Below are positions 1 to 10,025 of a DNA stretch of 64,000 nucleotides, piece by piece. Origin of the DNA: an uncultured Gammaproteobacteria bacterium (GTDB lineage Bacteria; Patescibacteriota; Microgenomatia; Levybacterales; UBA12049); the NCBI GenBank assembly GCA_965230895.1, contig OZ246394.1:1249887-1313886 (forward strand). The letters are read 5' to 3'. Position 1 is the stretch's first letter. Every line of letters starts with the position of its first letter. The translations under genes were made by a program, and so were the position numbers. The notes beneath the pieces were generated by a model. That model did not search any database. It was not told where the DNA came from and saw only the letters and a program-made list of their open reading frames with translations.

Positions 1-1343
1 TTTGTTATACCCATGATATCCTCAGTTACCTGAGCCTTGTTTTCCACAAGCTTCTCAATCTTTTCCACACCGTGAATTATTGTTGTATGATCTCGTCCCC
101 CAAGAAGGTTTCCAATCTCGACTAGCGTGAGCTTCAACTCTTTATGGATAAGGTACATAGTTACCTGTCTAGCTTTCACTAATGCAGCATTTCTCTTTGG
201 ACCTTTTAATTGTGTCGGTTTAATTTTATAGAAATTACAGACAATATCGATAATATCATCGGCATGAAGATGTCTCCTCTTCTCTTCGACCATATTCCCA
301 AGAGCTTTTTCGGCAAGTTCGATCGTAACTTGCTGATCGGCAGTAGTTGCTTGGGTAATTACTCGAAGGAGTAATCCTTCAAGGCTTCTTGTGTCCTCTG
401 CTCTTTCGGCTAAGAATGAAATAACCTCCGGAGGAAGATTGTGTCCGTATTTTTTAGCTTTAATACCAAGAATTGCAGCTTTAAGCTCAAAGTCAGGAGT
501 TGAAATATCTACTGTTAATCCCCCAGCAAACCTCGATGAAAGTCTCTTTTCCAATCTCTTTATTTCATGAGGTGGTCGATCTGATGATAAACATATTTGT
601 GAACCTTGGTCGATAAGGATATTAAATGTATGGAATAATTCTTCTTGCACACGCTCTTTCCCTTCAATGAACTGGATATCATCAATAAGTAGCAGGAATG
701 CTGATCTGAATCTGCGTTTCATCTTTGCTGTGTCATTTGTACGAATAGCTTCAATTACTTCATTCGTGAACTCTTCACTCGTGACATAAAGAATCTTTTT
801 ACTAGGGTCTTTTTGGTACACATCGTTTGCCACAGCATGCATCAGATGCGTCTTCCCTACACCAACAGGGCCGTAGAGAAAGAGTGGGTTATATGATTGT
901 CCTATGTTTTCTGCCACACGTTGTGCAGAAACAAATGCAAGTTGGTTACTCGCAGACACAGCAAATGATTCAAAAGTAAAATCAGGTCTCACCCTTGGAA
1001 GGTGTCCTATGGCTAATGGTTTCTCTTTTTTCTCATTTTTTTCCTCAGCGACAAAGAGGGGTGAATCATTTTGGACGGTCTTATTTGTGGGGAAAACTTT
1101 GGGGATAAATACAAGAGCTATATCTTCTGATGTTTGTTCTGACAGAATTCTTTTAATATCAGTTGCAAATCTTTTTTGTAGTAGATCTATGATCATTGTT
1201 GACGGAGCGGCTATCGTAGCAATGTTTTCTTCAAGTGATAACAAATATGTATTCTTAAATAACGTATGGAAATTAGCCTGCGAAACTTTTGTCTGCATTT
1301 CAGCTAGCACTATTTTCCATATTTCGTCATTTGTTTTACTCAT
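1..1343 (-). CDS. dnaA: Chromosomal replication initiator DnaA (3' end runs off the left edge; absent from the ORF track)
   Basis: Manual translation from ATG at 1343: MSKTNDEIWKIVLAEMQ..., Walker A YNPLFLYGPVGVGKTHLMHA, domain IV LLGGRDHTTIIHG. Divergent from rpmH as usual. Confidence 0.97.
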   Translation of the reverse strand, partial: MSKTNDEIWKIVLAEMQTKVSQANFHTLFKNTYLLSLEENIATIAAPSTMIIDLLQKRFATDIKRILSEQTSEDIALVFIPKVFPTNKTVQNDSPLFVAEEKNEKKEKPLAIGHLPRVRPDFTFESFAVSASNQLAFVSAQRVAENIGQSYNPLFLYGPVGVGKTHLMHAVANDVYQKDPSKKILYVTSEEFTNEVIEAIRTNDTAKMKRRFRSAFLLLIDDIQFIEGKERVQEELFHTFNILIDQGSQICLSSDRPPHEIKRLEKRLSSRFAGGLTVDISTPDFELKAAILGIKAKKYGHNLPPEVISFLAERAEDTRSLEGLLLRVITQATTADQQVTIELAEKALGNMVEEKRRHLHADDIIDIVCNFYKIKPTQLKGPKRNAALVKARQVTMYLIHKELKLTLVEIGNLLGGRDHTTIIHGVEKIEKLVENKAQVTEDIMGIT

Positions 1344-1356
1344 AACTTGTTAAGTC

Positions 1357-1385
1357 ATTAAATATTGTGGATAACTTTTTGTCAA
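1357..1385 (-). promoter_or_regulatory. dnaA promoter with a perfect DnaA box in the -35/-10 spacer
   Basis: Minus strand TTGACA (1385-1380), 17 nt, TTTAAT (1362-1357). TTATCCACA at 1374-1366 lies between them. Confidence 0.75.
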
Positions 1386-1458
1386 GTAAGAACAGCCAAT
1401 CTCGCGAAAATCTACGAAGTAATTGTTAACAATTCATAAGTATGCTATACTTAGGCTC

Positions 1459-1596
1459 ATGGAAAAAATGAATCTCAAAGCCAGTAAGATTAAGCGCCGA
1501 AGAAAGCACGGCTTTTTGGCACGAATGAAGACAAATGATGGCCAAAAAATGATAAAGCGACGTCGAGACCAAGGTCGAAAAACATTAGCTGTTTAA
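1459..1596 (+). CDS. rpmH: 50S ribosomal protein L34 (45 aa, below the ORF-track cutoff)
   Basis: MEKMNLKASKIKRRRKHGFLARMKTNDGQKMIKRRRDQGRKTLAV; HGFLARM motif; sits between dnaA and rnpA. Confidence 0.96.
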   Translation: MEKMNLKASKIKRRRKHGFLARMKTNDGQKMIKRRRDQGRKTLAV

Positions 1597-1601
1597 CCTT
1601 C

Positions 1602-1943
1602 ATGCTTTCTCAATCATTCCGGTTACCTTCTACAATACGCTTCTCACATGCAAAGTTTGTCAAAACACCATTGTTTAGTGTTCGCTATGCAATAAATAAT
1701 CAAGATGTCAGTAGATTTGGCTTTGTTGTGAGAAAGTCTGTCGATAAACGATCTGTCTATAGAAATAGAATCCGTCGAATCTTTCGATCATGTATAGAAC
1801 AAAACTTGAATACAATAGTTCCTGGATATGACATGCTTTTTTTCTTGGAAAAAGGTATAATGGACAAATCGCAAACGGATTTATGTCAAATACTACTGCA
1901 GCTATTGGAAGAACGAAAGCTTTTGAAACAAGGAACATCTTAA
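1602..1943 (+). CDS. rnpA: Ribonuclease P protein component
   Basis: RFGFVVRKSVDKRSVYRNRIRR (RNR motif); synteny. Confidence 0.93.
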   Translation: MLSQSFRLPSTIRFSHAKFVKTPLFSVRYAINNQDVSRFGFVVRKSVDKRSVYRNRIRRIFRSCIEQNLNTIVPGYDMLFFLEKGIMDKSQTDLCQILLQLLEERKLLKQGTS

Positions 1944-2137
1944 TCGCTTTAATCTCTGGATACCAAAAATTTGTTTCTCCCCTGCTCCATCAATTACTTG
2001 GTCTCAAAACTGCTTGTCGATCTGTCCCAACATGTTCAGAATACGCACAAGAATCAATTCGTACCCACGGAGCAGTAAAAGGTGTGGTATTATCTGTACG
2101 TAGGCTGATCAATTGCCAACCATTTTTTAAGATATGA
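1883..2137 (+). CDS. yidD: Membrane protein insertion efficiency factor YidD (start uncertain)
   Basis: YQKFVSP...CRSVPTCSEY...G...RRLINCQPF; lies between rnpA and yidC. Confidence 0.88.
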   Translation: MSNTTAAIGRTKAFETRNILIALISGYQKFVSPLLHQLLGLKTACRSVPTCSEYAQESIRTHGAVKGVVLSVRRLINCQPFFKI

Positions 2138-2955
2138 ATATTTTTGACGCTATATTTTTACAACCATTCTTTAATGTCCTTGTCGGCATTTATGAAGTTC
2201 TTAATTCCGCAGGAATTCCTTATGCTTTAGGGTTCTCCATTATTCTTTTAACTATCTTGATTCGTTTTATCTTGTTTCCTTTCATGCAACAAAGTCTTCG
2301 CCAACAGAAAAAGATGCAGGAGTTAATGCCTGAAATCAACAAACTTAAAGAGAAATACAAGAATGATCCTCGAGGAATGCAGATGGAACAAATGGCACTT
2401 TTCAGAGCAAAAGGCGTAAATCCAGCATCTGGATGCTTCCTTCTTCTTCTCCAGCTTCCAATTCTTATCTCCTTATATCATGTCTTATTGAAAGTCGTCC
2501 AAGTTAAGTCACCGGCTGAAATTAATAATTTACTCTATGTGGATTCAATGAAGCTTAATCACCTTTGGGATACTAACTTCTTCGGTTTGGCCCTCGGTAA
2601 AACTCCATCAGAACTTATGACACAGTTTGGACCAGCACTTTTATTAGTAGCAATTGTTACAGGTGCACTTCAATTTATTCAATCAAAGATGATGATGGCT
2701 AAGAAAGCTGACCAGCCAAAATCAACGAAAAAGAATGGAGAACCAGACTTTGCTACTGTTTTCCAAACACAAACACTTTATATCCTTCCAGTCTTTGTTG
2801 GGTTCTTTGCACACACCCTTCCATTTGGTTTATCTTTGTACTGGAATACTTTGACAATTTTTGGTATCATACAGCAATACTTAGTGTCAGGTTGGGGCGG
2901 CCTCTCAGATTGGCTTCCTGGACAGAAGAAGGCACAAGAAAGTAAATATAAATAA
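2134..2955 (+). CDS. yidC: Membrane protein insertase YidC/Oxa1 (short form)
   Basis: GFSIILLTILIR, NPASGCFLLLLQLPI, GLSLYW motifs; synteny. Confidence 0.93.
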   Translation: MNIFDAIFLQPFFNVLVGIYEVLNSAGIPYALGFSIILLTILIRFILFPFMQQSLRQQKKMQELMPEINKLKEKYKNDPRGMQMEQMALFRAKGVNPASGCFLLLLQLPILISLYHVLLKVVQVKSPAEINNLLYVDSMKLNHLWDTNFFGLALGKTPSELMTQFGPALLLVAIVTGALQFIQSKMMMAKKADQPKSTKKNGEPDFATVFQTQTLYILPVFVGFFAHTLPFGLSLYWNTLTIFGIIQQYLVSGWGGLSDWLPGQKKAQESKYK

Positions 2956-2956
2956 T

Positions 2957-3427
2957 ATGGAACCTATTAAACTTACAGCAGCAGAAAGAAAAGATATTGA
3001 AGCTTTAATCGAAAAGCTTTTTGTTCTTCTCGAAATTGAAGGAACATTTACCCTTGAAGAACATGAGGATATCTTGGATGTTCTTATGGAGACAAAAGAT
3101 TCCGGAATGGTTATCGGATACCACGGAGAAGTTCTTGAATCATTGCAATTGGTTCTTTCACTCGCTGTTGCTAAAAAGCTCGGTAGATTCGTTCGCGTTT
3201 CAATTGAAGTTGATGGTTATAAGAAGAATCGAACTGAATACCTTCACAACCTTGCAATCCAAGTAAAGGAAAAAGCACTTTCCGAAAATAAGGAACAAGT
3301 ATTATCAAATCTTAAGTCATGGGAACGACGAATCGTTCACCTTTACCTCCAAAGTGATGAACAAGTCGCCTCAGAGTCTGAAGGTGAAGGAAAAGATCGC
3401 GTTCTCGTTGTTCGACCTCGCGACTAA
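2957..3427 (+). CDS. jag: Jag/KhpB-type KH-R3H RNA-binding protein lacking the N-terminal Jag domain
   Basis: IGYHGEVLESLQ (KH), ERRIVH (R3H), SESEGEGKDR; follows yidC. Confidence 0.88.
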   Translation: MEPIKLTAAERKDIEALIEKLFVLLEIEGTFTLEEHEDILDVLMETKDSGMVIGYHGEVLESLQLVLSLAVAKKLGRFVRVSIEVDGYKKNRTEYLHNLAIQVKEKALSENKEQVLSNLKSWERRIVHLYLQSDEQVASESEGEGKDRVLVVRPRD

Positions 3428-4787
3428 GATAGAATCTGTCCTCCTTGCCCTACTCTTTCTTTTTCTTCCCACACAGCTTGGAAAACATTTTTGGCCGCAA
3501 TTTTCACTAGTGAACGGCATTCGTGTTGATTATCTCTCTCCTACCATTTATTTCACTGACATACTTATTGGATTACTGTTTTTGAGTACCATAGGCCGAT
3601 TATTTCTTCGATTGAGGAAATCATCTGATGATTCTGAAACTGCTCCTTTCATGAAATTGTTGATTCTTTTTCGTCATTGGAAAGCTGTAGTACTCTTTTT
3701 CATACTTTTTCTTTTCCTCACACTCAATATAATGCAAGCTGAAAGATCGACAGTAAGTCTGTACTATGGCATTAAAGTTTTAGAGTTTGCCTTTCTTGGA
3801 TATTATATTGCTTTGCATATAAAAAGACTTTCTCAATTGCGATTAATTGCGGTCCTTCTCTCAATCGGAGTTTTCTTCGAATCATTACTCGCAATCCTTC
3901 AATATATAAATCAAGGATCTTTGAATGGATGGCTTTATTTTCTTGGAGAAAGGACATTTAATGGTTCAACTCCAGGAATTGCAAATGCCGCACTTAATGG
4001 AGAGCTAATTCTCCGACCGTATGGTACATTGCCTCATCCTAATGTCCTATCCGGATACTTGCTGCTTAGTTCAATCATTATTTATTTCTTTCAAGTACGA
4101 ATTGCTAAGGGATTCTTGAAATGGTTGGGTGTTTTTATCCTCTTGCTTGGTAGCATTGCTATTCTTTTGAGTTTGAGCCGTGTTGCTATCGGACTTTGGG
4201 TGCTACTTGTTGTGTTTTTTCTGTTCTTTCAGGTGGTTATCCGACTTAGAACGATGCATTCTATTACTTTTGGAGTATTACTTCTTGTTGGTGGGTTTCT
4301 TTTCGCAATTGTTTCTCCACTCGGTCAAAGTCTCATTGATCGGTTTTCTCAAACTTCCCTTCTCGAAGAATCATTTACGCAGCGTAGTGAATTACTACAG
4401 AGTTCTCTCATAATTATTCAGAACCATCCACTTCTCGGTGTTGGACTTGGCAATTTTATTCCTGCACTTGCTCCACTGCAGGATCCGCTTTCGATTGGAC
4501 TCTATCTCCAGCCAGTTCATACAATTTATCTGCTGATTGCAAGTGAAACCGGATTCATAGGCTTACTTTGCTTTATCTTTTTGATTGTGGCCACATTGAA
4601 ACGACTACGTAAAAAAAGAACTTCAACTCCCCTCTTTCGATCAGAATTTTTAGTGTTCACTCTCCTACTTTCATTGATCCTCACGATTGGACTATTTGAT
4701 CACTACTTCATCTCACTCCAGCAAGGACAACTCCTCTTTGCCATTATTCTTGGACTTTGTTGGACCTCCTTATCGACCTCTTCATAA
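3408..4787 (+). CDS. O-antigen ligase/Wzy_C-family polytopic membrane protein (probable TTG start 3408)
   Basis: About 12 TM segments; RPYGTLPHPNVLSG, LSLSR, HPLLGVGLGNF, PVHTIYLLIASETGFIG, GLFDHY. Confidence 0.82.
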   Translation: MFDLATKIESVLLALLFLFLPTQLGKHFWPQFSLVNGIRVDYLSPTIYFTDILIGLLFLSTIGRLFLRLRKSSDDSETAPFMKLLILFRHWKAVVLFFILFLFLTLNIMQAERSTVSLYYGIKVLEFAFLGYYIALHIKRLSQLRLIAVLLSIGVFFESLLAILQYINQGSLNGWLYFLGERTFNGSTPGIANAALNGELILRPYGTLPHPNVLSGYLLLSSIIIYFFQVRIAKGFLKWLGVFILLLGSIAILLSLSRVAIGLWVLLVVFFLFFQVVIRLRTMHSITFGVLLLVGGFLFAIVSPLGQSLIDRFSQTSLLEESFTQRSELLQSSLIIIQNHPLLGVGLGNFIPALAPLQDPLSIGLYLQPVHTIYLLIASETGFIGLLCFIFLIVATLKRLRKKRTSTPLFRSEFLVFTLLLSLILTIGLFDHYFISLQQGQLLFAIILGLCWTSLSTSS

Positions 4788-4805
4788 TCCTGCTATACTC
4801 TTCTC

Positions 4806-5348
4806 ATGCAATTGGTTCTTCCTTCAGAACAATATAAAAATAGCTTTCTTGAAGCTTTAGAGGAATACCATCAGACGAAGTCTAATGATCGGTTGGATAT
4901 TTACGAATTGTCTGTCTTGAATCTTCAGTCAAACTTCTCTCAATATATTAAAGGTCTCCAGGAAAAATCCGAAGGAAAGCATCTTCCAAAAGGTTATGTA
5001 CCTCAAACTGATTATTGGCTTGTTGAAGGAAATGACCTCATTGGTCGAGTTTCCCTTCGCCACTCTCTTACTCCTCATCTTCTCCGAGAAGGTGGACATA
5101 TTGGTTATGACATCCGACCATCGAAACGGCGAATGGGGTATGGGAAGAAACTTTTAGCACTCGCCTTGCCAAAAGCTAAAGAACTTGGATTGGAGAAAGT
5201 ACTTATCACCTGTGACGAAACCAATATCGGGTCAAAAAAGATTATTGAATCAAATGGCGGGATTTTTGAAAATAGTGTAGAGATGGCAGAAGGAAAACCA
5301 CGAAAACTTCGATATTGGATTACTCTGGCAAATATCCCGACTTCTTAA
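4806..5348 (+). CDS. GNAT-family acetyltransferase
   Basis: GHIGYDIRPSKRRMGYG acetyl-CoA motif, TCDETNIGSKKIIESNGG. Confidence 0.88.
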   Translation: MQLVLPSEQYKNSFLEALEEYHQTKSNDRLDIYELSVLNLQSNFSQYIKGLQEKSEGKHLPKGYVPQTDYWLVEGNDLIGRVSLRHSLTPHLLREGGHIGYDIRPSKRRMGYGKKLLALALPKAKELGLEKVLITCDETNIGSKKIIESNGGIFENSVEMAEGKPRKLRYWITLANIPTS

Positions 5349-5625
5349 AAGATTTGGGAGTCAAAGTGAAAACACTTTTGCTCACACTGAAGTTTCACTA
5401 ATTACTTTGGGCGGCAGACTCATCCGAGAGTGAGTCTTCTATGTTTGAAACATTGATACGCACCGCTTCAAAGACCTTCCTTTCAAGAGCTTTGACTCCC
5501 CTTCTTGACAATCCCTTCTCCCGGTGTCAACATTCTTTGTATACGCCGCCTCCTTTAGCAAGGAGATATTTCCCGTTTTTAGACTTGATAAGTCCTGCAA
5601 CAATTTCCCGCTGAAGTATTCTCAT
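5320..5625 (-). pseudogene. Decayed NUDIX hydrolase gene
   Basis: ATG 5625: MRILQREIVAGLIKSKNGKYLLAKGGGVYKEC*H, frameshift, then PGEGIVKKGVKALERKVFEAVRINVS (eroded NUDIX box), tail LTPKSFKKSGYLPE*. TACAAT lies 7 nt upstream of the ATG. Confidence 0.65.
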
Positions 5626-6076
5626 ATGAGCTATTGTACCAAAAACTTCGGAGATTATAGCTTTCTTTTTTCAGTATCTGCTTAGGTATTAAGAGCATCT
5701 ACTGCCAGTGATAAATTATTCTTTGGGGATCGGAAAAAGAGCTTTTTGGTGTGCAAAAGTGGTTTTCATACTCCCCTTTCACGGAGTTCCTGTTGAGACA
5801 TTAGAAAAATCCGCGAACATTCAAAAACAAGGAATGTATTCTTATTTTTTTCATTTTCTACAGGACAATCCAAATCAAGCATTTCTACGAAAAATACACG
5901 AGCAGTGAACTCAAAATTATATAGTTTAGACGTTTCTTGTAGCTTTAAAAATGCTTCCAACTGATAGCAAAATGGGATCTATGCTTATGTGAAAAGCCAC
6001 ATTTATGGAAGAGTTCTTAACTCTTTTCCCCAAGCATTTTGCAAAGGCTCTAGGAGGTAGTATATTATTAAAGAGC

Positions 6077-8767
6077 ATGGAGCAAAAGCACCCGCTAATG
6101 GTTACAAATGAAGAGTCTTCTCAACTCCCCCTTCTGATTGTCGATAAGAAAGGAATGATTGGTGATGCTTTACAGAGAAAGTTTCGAGAACAGTTTCTTA
6201 CCGTTTTTGTCTCTGCTGCACCACAGGAAGTTCATGAAAACATCATAGGTGTCCATTGGCGTAAACGTCTCCCGACTATTCCTGATAATCTGTATTCTCA
6301 TATCTTTGTGATCTACAATGGCGAAAAAGAGCTATTGGATATGCTTCCAGGCTTTGTTCAAAAAGCGAGAGAATCAAAAGGAAAAGTTATTGTCATCACT
6401 TCCCTCTTATATAGTTCCATTAAGCTTTTCGCTTACCTTCAGCATCAAGCATTTCAAGATATAAAGATTGTATTGTATGGTGAAACATTTGGACCACAAA
6501 GTACAGAGGTGAACGAAATGAACTTTCTTCTTGAACAGGTCAAAAATTATGGAAGGATTGAGCTCGCAAATGCTGGATTGAATAAGCTTTTTCCAGTTCT
6601 TATTGAGGATGTCATTGAAGTTGTACATGCCACAGCCTTTGCAAATCAATATCATCATCGGCTCGTTTTTGCTTTTTCCCATCATCCTTTCACACAGGTT
6701 TCGGTAGCGAGACTTCTGCAGAAGATAGATCCTCTTTTAAAAACGGATTTTAAAAAAGGTAAGCAGGGTGCTCGAGAGTATTATATTCCTCAAGGTGGAG
6801 TCTATTATTTCCAAGATTATGATTTAGAGAAGCGATTACGGTCACTTGATTTATCACGTACAGAAGGAAGGATACCCGTCCCACAGAAGAAAACAAAACT
6901 TCGTCTTCCTGACCCTGAAGCTAATAGAAGAAGATTGATTCTTGTTGGTACATTGCTCAGTGCTTTGTTCATTGCACCAATAATCATAACGCTTTTCTTT
7001 GCACTCATTGGCGCTGGGTTCCTCTCGTTGTCTTTCTCACAAGCCGAACAAGGGAAGTTTGATAGGGCAGAGCAGACTGCTTCTTTTGCACAGTCATCTC
7101 TGCATGCTGCAAATGAACTTATTCCTGGACTTGTTTTGATTTCTTCCATTGCTCCTGCCCAACATGTCCAGTTGAAAAATACAGTGACAATAGGGGAGGA
7201 AGTTGCTGAAGCTGAAGGAGAAATTCTCCATGCACTCGTCATCATGAAGAATATTTATGAGAAAAAAAGCCTTGATCCTAAAAATGATTTTTATCGAGCG
7301 CTCGCTACAGTGAAGAATACATTAATTACAGTTCAGAAGATGGAGGCAGAAGAGCAACTTCCTGCTCCTGTCCTTGAGAGGTTAAAGAAATATAATGGAG
7401 TGCTCCAACTGGTTGAAGGAACAATTGATACTTGGCCTACGTTGCTTGGTTTTGAGGGAAAAAGAACCTATCTTGTTCTCTTCCAGAATAATATGGAGTT
7501 ACGTCCTGGCGGGGGATTCATTGGCTCATATGGCATTGTGACTGTCCAGAATGGGCAAATGGATAAGATGCAAATAAATGATGTCTATGATGCTGATGGA
7601 CAATTAAAACAAAAGATTGATCCGCCATATGGCTTAAAGCGATATTTGGGTGCGAGTAATTGGTTCCTGCGAGATAGCAATTTTGATGTTGATTACCCAA
7701 GAAACGCAGTCCAGGCTGCTCAATTCTTAAAACTTGAAACAGGGCAAAGTGTCGATGGAGTCATTGCTATTGATACCTCGTTCTTGAAAAATATTATCGG
7801 AGCTTTAGGTTCGGTAACGGTTCCTGATTATGAAGAAACTGTAACCGCTGACACGTTTTATCTCATGACTCAAAATCATGCTGAGAAGGATTTCTTTCCA
7901 GGATCTCGGCAGAAAAAAGACTTCCTCCGAAGTCTTTCGAATGCTTTGCTAGTAGAGTTGTTTGAGAAAAAGAACTTCTCATACGAAAAAATGCTTCTCG
8001 CGGTAGAAACTTCAATCCAACAAAAACATCTTATGTTTGCCTTTCCAGATGAAGGATTGCAAACGGTCTTTGCAGTGAATGGGTTATCTTCGACTGTCAA
8101 AGATGGGAGAGTAGGGGACAAGAATACGTTTTTGGACTTCTTCAGTGTCTTTGATGCAAATGTAGGGACAAATAAATCTAATTATTATTTGAAACGCTCT
8201 ATGATTCAACAAGTTGCTTTTGATGGTGCTGGTGGACTGCAGGTGACCGCAGAAGTATCTTATGTAAATGCAAGTAAAGACGGAAGTTTGTATGGTGGAA
8301 ATTATAATAATTTTGTTCGCTTTCTCATTCCAGATAGTGCTGTATTGCAGGATGTTTCAATTGACAATGTTTCACGTGAGACAATTCCTGCAATCACGGA
8401 TTCATCGATTTATCGTTCTGAGGATTTCATCCAACCGAGCGGCTTGGAAATTGAGCAAACAGAAGTTCTTGGAAAAAAGTCTATTGGATTTTTCTTTATA
8501 GTTCCTCCGGGGCAAACTAAGAATATTAAACTAACCTATACAATTCCTGAAGCCGTAAACTTGCGGGATTCTTCCTTCAAATATAGTATGCGCTTATTCA
8601 AGCAGCCAGGAGCGGGTGAGGATCCGTATACATTATATATAACGTATCCAAGTGGCTTCAAACCAATAGCAGGGGAGAACAGTGCAAATGATTTAGGTGG
8701 GAAGTTGGTCTATGACCTTAAGTTTAATAAGGATACGGATATTAATGTAGGTTTCTCGAAGAGATAA
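6077..8767 (+). CDS. DUF4012-domain membrane-anchored protein with degenerate epimerase-like N-terminal region (start 6077 preferred over 6005)
   Basis: YLVLFQNNMELRPGGGFIGSYG, DVYDADGQL, WFLRDSNF, DGVIAID, NVGTNKSN, KQPG; central TM helix. Confidence 0.82.
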   Translation: MEQKHPLMVTNEESSQLPLLIVDKKGMIGDALQRKFREQFLTVFVSAAPQEVHENIIGVHWRKRLPTIPDNLYSHIFVIYNGEKELLDMLPGFVQKARESKGKVIVITSLLYSSIKLFAYLQHQAFQDIKIVLYGETFGPQSTEVNEMNFLLEQVKNYGRIELANAGLNKLFPVLIEDVIEVVHATAFANQYHHRLVFAFSHHPFTQVSVARLLQKIDPLLKTDFKKGKQGAREYYIPQGGVYYFQDYDLEKRLRSLDLSRTEGRIPVPQKKTKLRLPDPEANRRRLILVGTLLSALFIAPIIITLFFALIGAGFLSLSFSQAEQGKFDRAEQTASFAQSSLHAANELIPGLVLISSIAPAQHVQLKNTVTIGEEVAEAEGEILHALVIMKNIYEKKSLDPKNDFYRALATVKNTLITVQKMEAEEQLPAPVLERLKKYNGVLQLVEGTIDTWPTLLGFEGKRTYLVLFQNNMELRPGGGFIGSYGIVTVQNGQMDKMQINDVYDADGQLKQKIDPPYGLKRYLGASNWFLRDSNFDVDYPRNAVQAAQFLKLETGQSVDGVIAIDTSFLKNIIGALGSVTVPDYEETVTADTFYLMTQNHAEKDFFPGSRQKKDFLRSLSNALLVELFEKKNFSYEKMLLAVETSIQQKHLMFAFPDEGLQTVFAVNGLSSTVKDGRVGDKNTFLDFFSVFDANVGTNKSNYYLKRSMIQQVAFDGAGGLQVTAEVSYVNASKDGSLYGGNYNNFVRFLIPDSAVLQDVSIDNVSRETIPAITDSSIYRSEDFIQPSGLEIEQTEVLGKKSIGFFFIVPPGQTKNIKLTYTIPEAVNLRDSSFKYSMRLFKQPGAGEDPYTLYITYPSGFKPIAGENSANDLGGKLVYDLKFNKDTDINVGFSKR

Positions 8768-9937
8768 TTACTTCTTTAGTGCTTCAATTCCAGGGAGTGT
8801 ACCATTCTCTATAAATTCCAACATTGCTCCTCCACCAGTAGAAATATGTGTAATCTTTTCTAAATATTCTTTCTTTGCAAGAGCTGCAAGTGTGTCTCCT
8901 CCTCCTACAACTGAAACAGCATTCTCGTTTTGTGTGATAGCGTAATAAAGGAAATCAGTTCCACGTTTGAATTCTTGGTTTTCTATGTATCCAACTGGGC
9001 CATTCCAAATAATTGTCTTCGCTTCATTGATAACTGCTCCAAAATCAGCTTGCGTTTCTGGTCCAATATCAAGTGCAAGATCTTTCGCTGATAGGTTTTC
9101 TACCTTTTTAACTTCACTTTCTTCGCTATCCAAGTCATCTCCAACGACAACATCTTGAGGGATTAGCAATTGCGTGTGTTCCTTTTTTGCATAATCTAAA
9201 AGTTCTTTCGCAAGCGCTACATCTTCTGAAGACACGAGACTCTTTCCTGTCTTTAATCCATCAGCGGCAAGGAATGTATTTGCTAGCCCTCCGCCCAAGA
9301 TGACATAATCTGCAACACTTGTCAGTTTTTTTATAACCTTTATCTTTGAAGATATCTTCTTCCCACCAATGATAGCTACAAATGGCTTTTGAGGATGCTT
9401 CATTACTTTATCTAAAATACTTACTTCTTTTTTAAGAAGAAGTCCACCATATGCAGGCAGAACGGTTGGGAGTCCAACAACTGAAACTGATTTTCTATGC
9501 GACACGCCAAACCCATCATTTACGTAAGCATCCCCGTATGACGCAAGTTGTTGGAGGAATTCTGGATCATTACCTTTTTCTCCAGGATAGAAGCGTATAT
9601 TCTCAAGCAACACAATTTCATTTTCCTTTTGATCTTTTAATTGGGAATCATCATTTTGGAAGTCATCAACTAAAACTACTTTATAATCAGGCAGATATTG
9701 ATGAAGGCGTTTTGCCACAGGGGCAAGGGAATCTGCTGAACTTCGTTTCTCCGGGTCACCGAGGTGCGCCATAAGGATAAGCTTATTTTGCTTTTTAAGA
9801 AGGTGTTCGATTGTCGGGATTGATTGCTTAATTCTGACGTCATCCGCGATGGAGTGGTTTGGATTTAACGTGACATTGAAGTCTACTCGAAGAAGAATTC
9901 TTTTATTAGATAAATTAACCTCATCAATATACTTCAT
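8768..9937 (-). CDS. pgk: Phosphoglycerate kinase
   Basis: RVDFNV, LLENIRF, IWNGPVG, GGGDT, HISTGGGAMLE. Confidence 0.97.
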   Translation of the reverse strand: MKYIDEVNLSNKRILLRVDFNVTLNPNHSIADDVRIKQSIPTIEHLLKKQNKLILMAHLGDPEKRSSADSLAPVAKRLHQYLPDYKVVLVDDFQNDDSQLKDQKENEIVLLENIRFYPGEKGNDPEFLQQLASYGDAYVNDGFGVSHRKSVSVVGLPTVLPAYGGLLLKKEVSILDKVMKHPQKPFVAIIGGKKISSKIKVIKKLTSVADYVILGGGLANTFLAADGLKTGKSLVSSEDVALAKELLDYAKKEHTQLLIPQDVVVGDDLDSEESEVKKVENLSAKDLALDIGPETQADFGAVINEAKTIIWNGPVGYIENQEFKRGTDFLYYAITQNENAVSVVGGGDTLAALAKKEYLEKITHISTGGGAMLEFIENGTLPGIEALKK

Positions 9938-10025
9938 ATAATTCTCATCTACAGTATAGCATTATTTGTGCATTTGCAAGCCCTTAAGATTTGCTAATTT
10001 TCTCTAAAATAGCTACAATACACCC

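Noticed and set aside
904-1353. 149-aa plus-strand ORF in the track
   Set aside because: Antisense to dnaA, which is clearly the real gene.
1883-1945. Possible frameshift or programmed coupling at the rnpA/yidD overlap
   Set aside because: An in-frame ATG at 1883 gives a complete YidD; no slippery site or other support.
5524-5535. In-frame TGA suggesting stop-codon reassignment
   Set aside because: TGA terminates intact genes (ruvB, dnaG), long genes have no internal TGA, and this frame also has a frameshift.
5650-6076. Short ORFs 5708-5908 (+) and 5766-5960 (-)
   Set aside because: Mutually overlapping, weak starts, no recognisable motifs; possibly decayed DNA.
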